Of a stretch of 60,736 nucleotides of DNA, positions 11,253 through 20,997 are shown piece by piece. Made by a program: the position numbers and the translations under genes. The notes beneath the pieces are model-generated. The model was not told where the DNA came from, did no database searches, and was given only the letters and a program-made list of their open reading frames with translations. Every line of letters begins with the position of its first letter. Within the stretch, counting starts at the first letter, position 1. The DNA comes from Patescibacteria group bacterium (lineage in GTDB: Bacteria; Patescibacteriota; Minisyncoccia; Minisyncoccales; UBA10102), in NCBI GenBank assembly GCA_038062375.1, contig JBBTXG010000002.1, positions 1-60,736 of the forward strand, in the 5' to 3' direction.

Positions 11253-12380
11253 CTACAGAAAACGATGAATGGCTTTTTTGAGTGTATCCGCGACCAAGTC
11301 AATTTCTTCCTCTCTCAAATTATTGTAAAAAGGAAGGGCGACCGTACGATCTCCTGCCCGTTCAGCTGCTGGAAAATCACCACGCCGGTACCCAAAAAGT
11401 TTTCGATAGAAGGGCTGCAGATGAATTGGCTGAAAGTAGATACCGCAATGAATCCCTTTTCTTTTCAGAGCATCCACGAGAGAATCTCGTTGCTTTCTTG
11501 TATATTTTTGAGAAAGTCTGATCACGTACACAAACCAACTCATTTTCACAGAGGGCGCAACAAAGGGCAACTCGATTTGAGAAACATCTCTAAGCCTTTC
11601 GTTGTAGCATTGAGCAACTCTCTCTCTTTTCTCTAAGATTTCCGGCAGTCTTCTCAATTGGGCTAATCCAACGGCACACTGCATTTCGGTGAGCCGGTAA
11701 TTGAACCCCAAACGCACATGTTCAAACCACTGCATGTTCACCGCTCTCCTTCCTTGATTTCTCATGCTTTGGCATTGAAGCGCAATACTCTTATGATTCG
11801 TGAGAATCGCTCCTCCTTCCCCACCGGTTGTGATTTGTTTATTAGGATAAAAAGAGAAGATCGCGGCGTCTCCAAAACTTCCGCATCTTTTCTTTTTGTA
11901 TTCAGATCCCAAAGCTTCGGCAGAATCCTCAATGATCGTAAGTTTATGATTCCTTGCAATCTCTACAATCGCTTCCCAATGTGCGGGGTGTCCAAATACA
12001 TCTACGGGCAAAATTGCTTTTGTGCGCTTCGTAATAGCTTTTTCAATTTTGGAAGGGTCCATGGTGAGGGTATGTTCATCGATGTCCACAAAGACAGGTT
12101 TTGCCCTCTCATACAGAATACAATTTGCAGAAGCAATGAAAGAAAAAGGGGTTGCAATGACCTCGTCTCTTTCCCTGATCCCCAACGCTTCCATGAGAAG
12201 ATGCAACGCCGCTGTTCCAGAACTTACCGCGACTGCATATCTCCGTTGAGCAAAGAGCGCAATCTCTTTCTCAAACCCACGTGTCTTTGGGCCAGAGCTC
12301 AAAATCGGCGTGCGGAGAACTTCCAGCACCGCTTTACGTTCCAGGTTCGTAATATCGGGAGACGATAAGGGAATACTCAC
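11253..12380 (-). CDS. DegT/DnrJ/EryC1/StrS sugar aminotransferase (PglE-like)
   Basis: Motifs SSGTAALHL, IEDSAEALG and FSFYPNKQITTGGEGG. GTG start at 12380 chosen. Confidence 0.93.
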   Translation of the reverse strand: MSIPLSSPDITNLERKAVLEVLRTPILSSGPKTRGFEKEIALFAQRRYAVAVSSGTAALHLLMEALGIRERDEVIATPFSFIASANCILYERAKPVFVDIDEHTLTMDPSKIEKAITKRTKAILPVDVFGHPAHWEAIVEIARNHKLTIIEDSAEALGSEYKKKRCGSFGDAAIFSFYPNKQITTGGEGGAILTNHKSIALQCQSMRNQGRRAVNMQWFEHVRLGFNYRLTEMQCAVGLAQLRRLPEILEKRERVAQCYNERLRDVSQIELPFVAPSVKMSWFVYVIRLSQKYTRKQRDSLVDALKRKGIHCGIYFQPIHLQPFYRKLFGYRRGDFPAAERAGDRTVALPFYNNLREEEIDLVADTLKKAIHRFL

Positions 12381-12387
12381 AAAATTT

Positions 12388-12885
12388 TTATTTTTTGATT
12401 TGTAATTTCCTTGCTGGTATTCCAGCAACCACCGTATTTGGAGAAACGTCTTTATTCACAAAGCTCATTGCGCCTACCATTGCGTTTTCTCCCACCGTGA
12501 CTCCGGGCATAATCACCGAGTGCGTTCCTATTTTACAGTTCTTTTTTAAGATGACTTGCCCTTCCTTTCCATCAATCGTCGAAACAGAATAGATAGAACA
12601 ATGGGAACCAATCTGCACCCCATCTTCAACCACCACGCCGTTTTTTGCATTGATGTACGTAAAGGTACCAATATCGGTGTATCTCCCGAGTTTTAAGTTT
12701 TTTGCGTGATGAACCAGCCAGTAATATTCGGTGAGCTTCCGTTCCTCGATCTTTGGGTCCTTCCAGCTGGGAAACCTTGTCTTGCCACCAATACTCCTCA
12801 TCCCTTGAGAAATTTGTTTTCTCTTCTTGTCATTCTTATGTCCCAAGAGATTCCTTTGATTTCTGGAATTTCTAACGGTATTCAT
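12388..12885 (-). CDS. Hexapeptide-repeat acetyltransferase
   Basis: Left-handed beta-helix repeats (IGTHSVIMPGVTVGENAMVGAMSFVNKDV..VVAGIPA). Confidence 0.88.
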   Translation of the reverse strand: MNTVRNSRNQRNLLGHKNDKKRKQISQGMRSIGGKTRFPSWKDPKIEERKLTEYYWLVHHAKNLKLGRYTDIGTFTYINAKNGVVVEDGVQIGSHCSIYSVSTIDGKEGQVILKKNCKIGTHSVIMPGVTVGENAMVGAMSFVNKDVSPNTVVAGIPARKLQIKK

Positions 12886-13532
12886 ATGACTTCGCGAATA
12901 AGCACAAATGCTTCGGCGTATTCAAGGCCTGCCTCAAAACCTCTTTTTTGCGCGCGCACCTCGATTGCCTTGAGAGAACGGGGATGCGGAGCTTCTTTGA
13001 GTTCGCTCTGATATGATTTCATAGCTTCGATTTTCGACGCAATCGTATCTTTAATATCCACATAGACATTGGGAACAAATGGTTTGATCCCCCAGTCAGT
13101 GGCATGAAGCGACTCATACGAAAAAACTTTTTTCACTATGGATCCTGGCAAAGGCCTTGTCGCAACAAGACCTGCCTCAAAAAACAAACGGTGGTCTCTG
13201 TTGAGATCTCCGCCGTGAGGCAGATAGACAACCTCTGGCTGTACTTCCCTTACCACTGCTTCCAAAGCATCATTGAGTTCTTTGGTAGGAATGGTATTGA
13301 CTTTGACGCTAGGAAAATTGAGGGAAAATATCTTTTCGATCCCAAGAACCTCTCGAACGTGCTCTAATTCTTTTTGTCTTTCTTTCAGGAATTCTTCCGA
13401 CCAATCGGGAGTGTAGGCAACCGTTCCAACACAAAGATACACCTTGTCGCCACGGTTTGTATATTTCTTTATGACTCCTCCGCATCCTAATGTTTCGTCA
13501 TCGGGATGGGGAGTTATAACAAGAACTTTCAT
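12882..13532 (-). CDS. PIG-L/LmbE family de-N-acetylase
   Basis: Motifs PHPDDETLGCGG and DLNRDH; C-terminal HPRS...AEAF. ATGA overlap with the upstream gene. Confidence 0.9.
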   Translation of the reverse strand: MKVLVITPHPDDETLGCGGVIKKYTNRGDKVYLCVGTVAYTPDWSEEFLKERQKELEHVREVLGIEKIFSLNFPSVKVNTIPTKELNDALEAVVREVQPEVVYLPHGGDLNRDHRLFFEAGLVATRPLPGSIVKKVFSYESLHATDWGIKPFVPNVYVDIKDTIASKIEAMKSYQSELKEAPHPRSLKAIEVRAQKRGFEAGLEYAEAFVLIREVI

Positions 13533-14269
13533 AGCCTTTTTCCTTCCAAAATTTCTCTGCTCTGCGGCCCTTCGTTGAAAAGCAAATCGAGAATGCACAT
13601 ATGGGAAAGAAACCCTTGTTCCATAAACTGCTGGGCATAGGAAGGGTGTTCGAATTCATGGATTTGGAGTTTGATTCCGGCATGCCCAAACTTTTCCGGC
13701 TCCATATATGCTTTCTTCCCTTCTCTCATTCCCGGCCCTGAAAGATACGTATCAGCTCCAAGCTCTTTGCAAATCTGCACCAAAAGATCAGTACCCTTGC
13801 CTTTTGCTTGCAGGTCGGAAGCTTTGAGCACTCGTAGAGAAATGTTCAGATACCGCGCAACTTCATTGAAAAATTGCCTGTCCAAATCCCCTATCTTCTC
13901 TCCATCCTCGCGAAAGACTTTCTGAACAATCTGCATCACTTCTTCAAAGTAGGGAGTCTTTCGGTAACTTTGACGAAGTACTCCTTCCTGGGACTCTTTC
14001 CAGTTCTTCGTATGATCAATCACCAAATCTTTAATGGGAGTAAAAGAAGATTTATCTTTCAAGGGAACCGTGATCCATTGCCCGCCATTCGATGTCTTCA
14101 CCCTGTTGCGATGAATGAATCCATGCTTTTGAAATGTGGCAGTGTCAAGTATCACATAGACATCTGCTTTCATCAATCTATTCCAAAATCCAATCCACGG
14201 CAGATATTCGGGCTGATGGATCATCACCACCATATCTTTGAGAATAGGATTTCTCAACTTAAAAGTCAA
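13529..14269 (-). CDS. WbqC-like family protein
   Basis: Motifs HQPEYLPWIG, RNRVKT, TYLSGPG and FLSHMCILDLLFNEG. Confidence 0.9.
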   Translation of the reverse strand: MTFKLRNPILKDMVVMIHQPEYLPWIGFWNRLMKADVYVILDTATFQKHGFIHRNRVKTSNGGQWITVPLKDKSSFTPIKDLVIDHTKNWKESQEGVLRQSYRKTPYFEEVMQIVQKVFREDGEKIGDLDRQFFNEVARYLNISLRVLKASDLQAKGKGTDLLVQICKELGADTYLSGPGMREGKKAYMEPEKFGHAGIKLQIHEFEHPSYAQQFMEQGFLSHMCILDLLFNEGPQSREILEGKRL

Positions 14270-14891
14270 CCTTTTCTGCAGGATTTCTTCCTCTGTAATC
14301 CTCTATCACTCCTTTTCCATATTCATCTTTTCCCGAGAGTATGAGGAAAAGCGTGCCGAGCAAAATTTTCAGATCAAGCAAGAAAGACCAGTGATCAATA
14401 TACCAAACATCCCATTGAATGCGTTCTTCCCATGAAAGCAGATTTCCTCCTTTGATCATATCCATGCTTGCCATGCCGGGGAGTACGCTTAAACGCTGTC
14501 GTTCCGACTCGGTATATCTTGCTGCTTGGTGAGGAAGTCCGGGGCGCGGACCCACCAAAGACATTTTACCTTCAAGGACAGAGATGAGCTGGGGAAATTC
14601 ATCAATGCGAAACCTCCTCAACCACTTCCCTACCTTTGTGATTCGAAAGTCATTTCTTTCGACCTCAATTCCTCTGCCCATGTGTACTGCCCCCTCCACC
14701 ATCGTACGGAATTTCAACATCTCAAAAACCTTTCCCTGTTTGCCCACCCGCTCTTGCTTGAAAAACACCGAACCCTTTGAATTTAGTCGAATCAGAACTG
14801 CGATAATCAAAAAAGGAACCGCAAGCAAAAGAAGACCAGCCAATGCTCCCCAAAAATCCATCTGTGTTTTTAAAAATCGTTGAAATTGCAT
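14259..14891 (-). CDS. Initiating phosphoglycosyl transferase (bacterial sugar transferase, PglC-like)
   Basis: Motifs FFKQERVG, KFRTM, RITKVGKWLRRFRIDEFPQL and MSLVGPRP. Confidence 0.93.
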   Translation of the reverse strand: MQFQRFLKTQMDFWGALAGLLLLAVPFLIIAVLIRLNSKGSVFFKQERVGKQGKVFEMLKFRTMVEGAVHMGRGIEVERNDFRITKVGKWLRRFRIDEFPQLISVLEGKMSLVGPRPGLPHQAARYTESERQRLSVLPGMASMDMIKGGNLLSWEERIQWDVWYIDHWSFLLDLKILLGTLFLILSGKDEYGKGVIEDYRGRNPAEKVDF

Positions 14892-14963
14892 CCTCTCTTA
14901 CTCTACCAAAACCCCTTCTCTCTCACAAGCTGTTGTATGAGACAAAAGATGATAAAGGGGCTT

Positions 14964-15677
14964 TTATCGTGTTTTGCGAGCTTGCAGGTAGAAACTGTGA
15001 GAAAAAAACAAGAACAGGGGAAAAAACAAAAAATTCAAAATCGCAAAGAGCTTGAAACGCAAGATGACTTTGGCAATGAAGCGAAAGGGTCGGGGGAATA
15101 CATATACTCCCTTCAAACTCATGGAATGAAACTGCATCTGTTCAAGTATTTTCATAATCTCATAAGGATTGTACCTCTGGATATTTCGCAGAAAAAGGGA
15201 ACTCAAAGAAAGGGAGTTGAGGGTTCGGATCACCAGAATTCCTCCCGGCTTGAGAACACGGCTAAGTTGGACAAGTGCTTTTTTGGGTTGATTCACGGTT
15301 TGCAACACTCCCAAACAAAGTACGATGTCAAACTTCTCGGAAGGAAAAGGAAGGTGGTAGATATCCGCAACCTCAAAATGAACATTGGAGTTGCTTTGGG
15401 ACGTTCGCTGTCTGGCAATGGCAATCATTTCTGCAAGATAATCCACTGCCCAAACATCAAATCCCTTTTCTCCAAGCCATCGAGCAACCTCTCCCGTTCC
15501 ACACCCAACGTCAAGGACAGAAATTCGAGAATTCTCGCTCAATGGAGGAACCCGAAAGTACTCCACAAAATAAAAAAAATAATCTTCTGGATTTTTGTCC
15601 AACACCACCGAGAGTTTTCCTGCTCTTGCTGCTTGAGAAAATTTTTCTTTCCATTGAAGTTCAGAGTGGTCAAGCAT
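14964..15677 (-). CDS. Class I SAM-dependent methyltransferase
   Basis: Motifs VLDVGCGTG, LPFPSEKFD and RVLKPGG. Confidence 0.88.
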   Translation of the reverse strand: MLDHSELQWKEKFSQAARAGKLSVVLDKNPEDYFFYFVEYFRVPPLSENSRISVLDVGCGTGEVARWLGEKGFDVWAVDYLAEMIAIARQRTSQSNSNVHFEVADIYHLPFPSEKFDIVLCLGVLQTVNQPKKALVQLSRVLKPGGILVIRTLNSLSLSSLFLRNIQRYNPYEIMKILEQMQFHSMSLKGVYVFPRPFRFIAKVILRFKLFAILNFLFFPLFLFFSHSFYLQARKTR

Positions 15678-15683
15678 AAAATC

Positions 15684-16847
15684 TCAATGAAGTTTCTCTC
15701 TTATGAGGCGTTCATACTCCTCCATCAAAGTTTCAAAAATAACTTCTTGATTAAACTCTTGTGCTGCTTTTTGCCTTCCTGCTTTCCCTAACGCTTTTGC
15801 TTTCTCTGGATTCAAAAATAATTCCTCGATTGCCTCTACCAATCTTGCCACATTTCTGGGAGGAACAAGAATTGCAGTTTTCCCATCTTCTGCGGCTTCT
15901 CTACAGCCGCGGATTGCGGTGGCAACCACCGGCCTTTCCATCGCAGAAGCCTCAAGGATGGAGATACCCAATCCCTCTCGATACGTAGGAAGCACAAAAA
16001 CATCCATGATTGCATAGAATTCCTCGACATTGATGCGTTCGCCCAAAAACCTCACATTTTTTCCGATGCGGGAGCTTAGAACGATGGAGGGGTCAATGCG
16101 ATCACTTTTGGCAGGCTCTTTGGCGCCTATCATGATTAACACGGCGCCAGGGAACTTTTGTAACACACGATCGAACGCATCAAAAAGTTCAAGATACCCT
16201 TTTTCCCGCACGAATCTCGCGACAATTCCAATCACCTTGGCATCAAGGGGAATGGCGAGTCCTTTCTTTTTCTCTCTGCAAAATTCTTCAGAGAAACGCG
16301 CGGGATTGAATTTTTCAAGATCGATGCCAAGAGGAAGATACGTGAGCTTTTCAGGAGAATATATTCCCATCTTCAAGAGTTTGACAGTGTCTTCTCTGTT
16401 TACCGAAAATGCACGATGCACGAGAAGCGCGATGACTCTTTCGAGCAAGACGAAAAACGCTTTTTTCAGCAGAGAAAAATTATTTTCAAAATCCAAGCCA
16501 TGAATCGTATACATGCGAATTGGTACTCTTGCAACAAAAGCTGCAAGCTGTCCCACAAAGCTTGCTTTGAGGGTATGGGTATGCACGATATCAAATCGTT
16601 CTTTGCGAAACAAAAGGATGAGTCGGATGAATGCCCGTACATCGGTAAATGGGGTGAGGATCCTTCTGGTAATAGGAATGGTTTTCACGGAGATACCTGC
16701 CTGCCTGATCTCTGGGATCCATTTTCCATCAGAAGAAATTGCCCACACCTCAAACCCTTGTCTTTTCAGGTATTGAAGATTTGAAAACAAAAGAAACCGA
16801 AGCGTAATGTCAGCAGAAGCAACGGAGCAAATTTTTATCTTCTTCAT
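15684..16847 (-). CDS. Glycosyltransferase family 4 (PglA/CapM-like)
   Basis: Motifs DIVHTHT, ARFVREKG and FVLPTYREGLGISILEASAM. Confidence 0.92.
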   Translation of the reverse strand: MKKIKICSVASADITLRFLLFSNLQYLKRQGFEVWAISSDGKWIPEIRQAGISVKTIPITRRILTPFTDVRAFIRLILLFRKERFDIVHTHTLKASFVGQLAAFVARVPIRMYTIHGLDFENNFSLLKKAFFVLLERVIALLVHRAFSVNREDTVKLLKMGIYSPEKLTYLPLGIDLEKFNPARFSEEFCREKKKGLAIPLDAKVIGIVARFVREKGYLELFDAFDRVLQKFPGAVLIMIGAKEPAKSDRIDPSIVLSSRIGKNVRFLGERINVEEFYAIMDVFVLPTYREGLGISILEASAMERPVVATAIRGCREAAEDGKTAILVPPRNVARLVEAIEELFLNPEKAKALGKAGRQKAAQEFNQEVIFETLMEEYERLIREKLH

Positions 16848-17710
16848 ATTCGATACGTGAAAAACAACCTCAACCAAATAAAAAGAATGTATCCAAGGAG
16901 TGTGAGCCTGCGAAAAAATGGATAGCCTTTTCTCTCAAGGACGTCGCGCAGATAGGTATGGAGGTACGGCGTCAGCGATAGAAGAAACGGATAAAAGACT
17001 TTAATGAGCATACTCTTGAGGCGTGCTCTTTTACGAGGATACACTCGTTTGAAAAAAGAGGTTCGGTCAGTGAAACCAAAAGGTCCCTTGAGGAGCATTC
17101 GAAATACAAAATTCGCATCAGCTCCCCATTTTTTCCAGTTATCAACCAATTGAAACTCCACACCTCTTACTACTCCGCATTTCCATAATCCGTAAAGCAA
17201 ATTTGCCTTTCCATCGTGGTGAAGGAGCACGAGAAAACGTTTCAACTGCTCATACTGATCTTTGCCGAATGGAAAAAATGTATGAGGATCATGCATCTTT
17301 ATGATCTTCCCTTGTTCATCCATATACACAAAGTTACAAAAAACCATGATAAGATGGGGGGATCTCAAAAAGAAGGTTACACACTCTTGGAGAAAATGCG
17401 CGTCCCACACATCGTCGTGAGAAGCCCACATGAAATAGAATCCTTGAGCTCTCTCCAATACAAATCTGAAATTTTCTGTTGGAGTTCCAAGTCTCTGCTG
17501 CCTAAAATACCGAATTCGCGAATCTTTCCTTGTATATTCTTGGCAGATGTTGGAAGTTTCATCGGTAGAGGCATTGTCAGAGATAAGAAGTTCAAAATTT
17601 TGGTATGTTTGCGAAAGCAAAGAATCCAGTGCTTTTTTGATATAGAAAGCACCATTGTACACCGGCATGCCGATAGTCACCAGATCTCTTTGAGAAAACC
17701 CTTGATTCAT
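16844..17710 (-). CDS. Glycosyltransferase family 2
   Basis: Motifs VTIGMPVYNG, ISDNASTD and FMWASHDD. Confidence 0.92.
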   Translation of the reverse strand: MNQGFSQRDLVTIGMPVYNGAFYIKKALDSLLSQTYQNFELLISDNASTDETSNICQEYTRKDSRIRYFRQQRLGTPTENFRFVLERAQGFYFMWASHDDVWDAHFLQECVTFFLRSPHLIMVFCNFVYMDEQGKIIKMHDPHTFFPFGKDQYEQLKRFLVLLHHDGKANLLYGLWKCGVVRGVEFQLVDNWKKWGADANFVFRMLLKGPFGFTDRTSFFKRVYPRKRARLKSMLIKVFYPFLLSLTPYLHTYLRDVLERKGYPFFRRLTLLGYILFIWLRLFFTYRI

Positions 17711-18441
17711 TTGATACGCTTGAGATATCCTGCAGCGAATGCAGTAATAAGAAGTTTTGAGGAAATGGTTTCATCCACAAGAAAGTGTTTATTTTTCCCG
17801 AGAAACTCCTCCACTGCAATCTTGGGATTATTTCCTTTCCCAAAAGGTCTGTCCCTGATCGCACCTTCCGGCAGATCTTCAATAAAGGTATCGCATACAA
17901 TAAGGTAGCTCCCTTTTTTCACAAGAGGGGCATACAACTCCAATTCTTTCTTCACGTGTGCACAGGTATGATTCGAATCAAGGATCACAAGAATCTTCTC
18001 TTTGCCCTTGGCAATCTTCTGTACCCGCTCGAAAATTTTAGGATCTGTAGAGCTTCCCTCGAGCATCTTGATCCTTTTGAACAAAGGGTGTGTTTGAATT
18101 GCTTTTTTGTTGTGGGGACGAATCTCCACATCAATTCCAAGAACCTCTCCCTTTCCGATCAACTCGAGAATGGAAGCATACAAGATAAGTCCACCGCCGT
18201 GCGCAATGCCCGTTTCGAGAACAAGATCTGGTTTGACTTGCCAAATAATTTCCTGGATGGCAACGATGTCGGCAGGATATTGGATAATCGGAGAACCAAG
18301 CCACGAAAATACATAGGGATATTTTTGAGCAAGGGATCTTCCCAGAAACTCTTCTGCCAATTTCTTGAGTCTTTGGTCTCTTGCGATGTTCTCAATGTAT
18401 TCTCTTTTTTCTGATTCAAACTTACCAAAAGACTTTTCCAT
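17707..18441 (-). CDS. CmcI/cephalosporin hydroxylase family protein (rhamnosyl O-methyltransferase-like)
   Basis: Motifs WLGSPIIQYPAD, KPDLVLETGIAHGG, ILDSNHT and GNNPKIAV. Confidence 0.88.
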   Translation of the reverse strand: MEKSFGKFESEKREYIENIARDQRLKKLAEEFLGRSLAQKYPYVFSWLGSPIIQYPADIVAIQEIIWQVKPDLVLETGIAHGGGLILYASILELIGKGEVLGIDVEIRPHNKKAIQTHPLFKRIKMLEGSSTDPKIFERVQKIAKGKEKILVILDSNHTCAHVKKELELYAPLVKKGSYLIVCDTFIEDLPEGAIRDRPFGKGNNPKIAVEEFLGKNKHFLVDETISSKLLITAFAAGYLKRIK

Positions 18442-18444
18442 GCG

Positions 18445-19221
18445 TTAAAAATTTTGCTTTTCAGAAAGAGACACTTTGATATAGACTTTTTTCCCATTGT
18501 GAAGATAATATGCGTACGTGCGATCTCCAAAGCTCCGCGCACGCAACTGCCAGATGAGCTCTCTTCCTTTGTACATCTTTTCCAAATCAATCACATCAAG
18601 ACGCTCCACATCTTTTGCCCGATGGTATGTTCCCTCGTCTTCGTTTTGTGCGACAACCCTGATGTTTCCTTTCTTGAGCTTTGGCCATGTATCTTTGAAT
18701 AATCTGACTACCTCTCTCAATGCGCGCTCATACAAGGTTCCCGCAATATCTGTCTCTCTGATCTCCAGACGCCTTTGAGCAATAACGGGGCCGCTGTCGA
18801 TCCTCTCGTCTATATAATGAATGCTTACTCCGTAAGGTGAACCTTCATGGAGGGCCCAGACCTGCGGATACTTTCCACGGCCAAGCGGAAGATAACTATG
18901 ATGAAGGTTGACGCATCCTGCAGGGAAAAGATCAATGATCTCTTTTTTGAGAATGTAGCCAAACCATGCACAAATTCCCACGTGAGGATGAAAACTCTTG
19001 ATCCTTTCTTGCAAGGTGTGATCGGAAAGCATCTGGGCATACACCACGAGGTCTGCTTTTGCTGTTTTCTTGATCTCTTTGGCGAATTTTGCAGTCTCTT
19101 TGGGCTCGAGAACCAAGACAACAATATGTTCACCCCTTTCTGCAAGGTAGCGAGTAATTTGCAAGCCCACCGCATCATTTGCAAAGAGCACGATATTCGG
19201 CTTTCGCGGCATTGGCTTCAT
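18445..19221 (-). CDS. Sugar N-formyltransferase (Fmt/PurN fold)
   Basis: Motifs NLHHSYLPLGRG and IDSGPVI; C-terminal IDL...LRARSF...AYY resembles NDP-4-amino-sugar formyltransferases. Confidence 0.85.
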   Translation of the reverse strand: MKPMPRKPNIVLFANDAVGLQITRYLAERGEHIVVLVLEPKETAKFAKEIKKTAKADLVVYAQMLSDHTLQERIKSFHPHVGICAWFGYILKKEIIDLFPAGCVNLHHSYLPLGRGKYPQVWALHEGSPYGVSIHYIDERIDSGPVIAQRRLEIRETDIAGTLYERALREVVRLFKDTWPKLKKGNIRVVAQNEDEGTYHRAKDVERLDVIDLEKMYKGRELIWQLRARSFGDRTYAYYLHNGKKVYIKVSLSEKQNF

Positions 19222-20330
19222 ACGCTTTTACGTAAGATTTCAACAAATTTGGCACACACATACTCCACTTCTCCTTCCGTTATCTTGAAACCAGAAGGGA
19301 GGTTCACGCCGCGAGAAGAGATATCAAACGTAATCGGGGTATCTGCTTTTTCGTTGATCGCAGGAAGAAAACTCAAGGGATAGAAAAATGGACGTGCCTG
19401 GATTCCGAAACGTTCAAGTTGTCTTACCATCTCCTCCTTTCTGATTTTATACTGATTATCCCATGCCACTGCCGCAACCCAGAAACTGCTCTTCGTGTGA
19501 GGAAGTTCGCTGTTGAGTGCTATCCCCCGAATCGGGGCGAGCCGTTTTCGATACCAAGAGAAAATCCTTCGTTTCTTTTCAATAAGCTCCTTTATGCGCT
19601 CTAACTGTGCTAATCCGCATGCTGCTTGGAAATTGGTCATCTTATATTTATACCCTATCTCCAAATTCCAATATATCTTTTTGGGATCCTTGCAGTGATC
19701 ATTATAATACCTCGCTTTTTCTATGAGGGTCTTGCGATCGCAAAGGAGCATCCCGCCCTCTCCTGTCACCAACATTTTTGAGCCATGAAAACTAAAACAG
19801 GAAACGTCTCCAAATGATCCTGCCTTTTTCCCATGATATTCAGCTCCAACTGCTTCTGCAGCATCTTCGACGACAAAGAGACGATGAGCTCGAGCAATAC
19901 GAGCAATTGCGTTCATCTCCGGCATTCCTCCATAGAGATCAACCACCAAAACTGCTTTTGTCCTTTTGGTGATCTTCTTTTCTATATCTGCGGGAGAAAT
20001 ACATTGGGTGCGAGGATCAATGTCTACAAACAAGGGTTTGGCTCCCATATAATAGAGGGGTTCCACGCTCGCAATCCAGGACATATTGGGAACAATCATC
20101 TCATCTCCTTTTTGGATCCCAAGCGCAAGAAAGGCTAAATGTAAAGCAGCCGTCCCATTTGCGGTTGCCAACGCATATTTCCTTCCCACATAGCGAGCAA
20201 ATCTCTTCTCAAAAAGATTCACGTACTTCTCATGATTCTCATCCCAGCCATCTCTTGCTGCTTTTGCAACGTATCGTACTTCTTTGTCGGTGATGGATGG
20301 CCCCGCCAAGGGAATAAATGGTTTCTTCAT
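19218..20330 (-). CDS. DegT family 4-aminotransferase (perosamine synthase-like)
   Basis: Motifs NGTAALHLA, EDAAEAVG and FSFHGSKMLVTGEGGM. Confidence 0.92.
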   Translation of the reverse strand: MKKPFIPLAGPSITDKEVRYVAKAARDGWDENHEKYVNLFEKRFARYVGRKYALATANGTAALHLAFLALGIQKGDEMIVPNMSWIASVEPLYYMGAKPLFVDIDPRTQCISPADIEKKITKRTKAVLVVDLYGGMPEMNAIARIARAHRLFVVEDAAEAVGAEYHGKKAGSFGDVSCFSFHGSKMLVTGEGGMLLCDRKTLIEKARYYNDHCKDPKKIYWNLEIGYKYKMTNFQAACGLAQLERIKELIEKKRRIFSWYRKRLAPIRGIALNSELPHTKSSFWVAAVAWDNQYKIRKEEMVRQLERFGIQARPFFYPLSFLPAINEKADTPITFDISSRGVNLPSGFKITEGEVEYVCAKFVEILRKSV

Positions 20331-20339
20331 ACGAAAATC

Positions 20340-20879
20340 TTACTTTTCCTTCTTTGCAAAGAGTGCCCAACTCCGATCTTTTTGAGAAAGGATGGGGTTG
20401 GCAAGAGGCCACGAAATTCCAAACAGAGGATCATCCCAACGGACTCCTTGCTCATGGTCTGGAGAATAAAATTCAGAGGTAATCATGAGGACCTCACAGT
20501 TATCCTGTAAGGTCTGAAATCCATGAGCGCATCCCTTTGGCACCAAGATCATTCTTTGATTATTCTCGCTCAATTCATTGCAAACCCATTTTCCCCGGGT
20601 TGGAGAACCTTTTCTCAAATCGAGTACCACATCAAAAATTGCACCTTGAAGGCATGCAATAATTTTGTCTTCTTCTTTGGATTTTCGCTGAAAATGCAAC
20701 CCTCGAATGGTACCTCTCTTTCTCGTAAAACTTCGACTGATCTGCGCCACCTCAAATGTTATTCCCGCTTTTCCCAATTCTTCTCTGCAAAAAATCCGAG
20801 CGAACTCTCCCCTTCCATCCTTGACTGGCTCCCCCTTAATCACATATATTCCAATAATCTTCGTTGCTTGAAACTTCAT
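20340..20879 (-). CDS. rfbC: NDP-4-keto-6-deoxyhexose 3,5-epimerase (RmlC cupin)
   Basis: Motifs DGRGEFAR, GTIRGLHFQ, VPKGCAHGFQTL and GVRWDDP. Confidence 0.92.
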   Translation of the reverse strand: MKFQATKIIGIYVIKGEPVKDGRGEFARIFCREELGKAGITFEVAQISRSFTRKRGTIRGLHFQRKSKEEDKIIACLQGAIFDVVLDLRKGSPTRGKWVCNELSENNQRMILVPKGCAHGFQTLQDNCEVLMITSEFYSPDHEQGVRWDDPLFGISWPLANPILSQKDRSWALFAKKEK

Positions 20880-20912
20880 GCGCCTCACCTCTCAATCGTT
20901 TGAATGTGTTTC

Positions 20913-20921
20913 ATTATAACA
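20913..20921 (-). promoter_or_regulatory. Extended -10 internal promoter (TGnTATAAT)
   Basis: Minus-strand TGTTATAAT about 35 nt upstream of the rfbC start, in an intergenic gap. Confidence 0.5.
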
Positions 20922-20997
20922 CAGTTTACGTAAGCGGATCAATCGGAACCAATGCCGTGGCATACCCCGTGCGCTCCCAAGGAATCACAAGAGAAGG

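Noticed and set aside
14880-15791. 303-aa + strand ORF, and similar long + strand ORFs over groEL, the S-layer gene and the LTD gene
   Set aside because: They overlap well-supported minus-strand genes almost entirely and have no recognisable domains.
20955-20971. CCGTGGCATACCCCGTG as an IS200/IS605-type REP hairpin
   Set aside because: Too degenerate, single copy and no transposase nearby.
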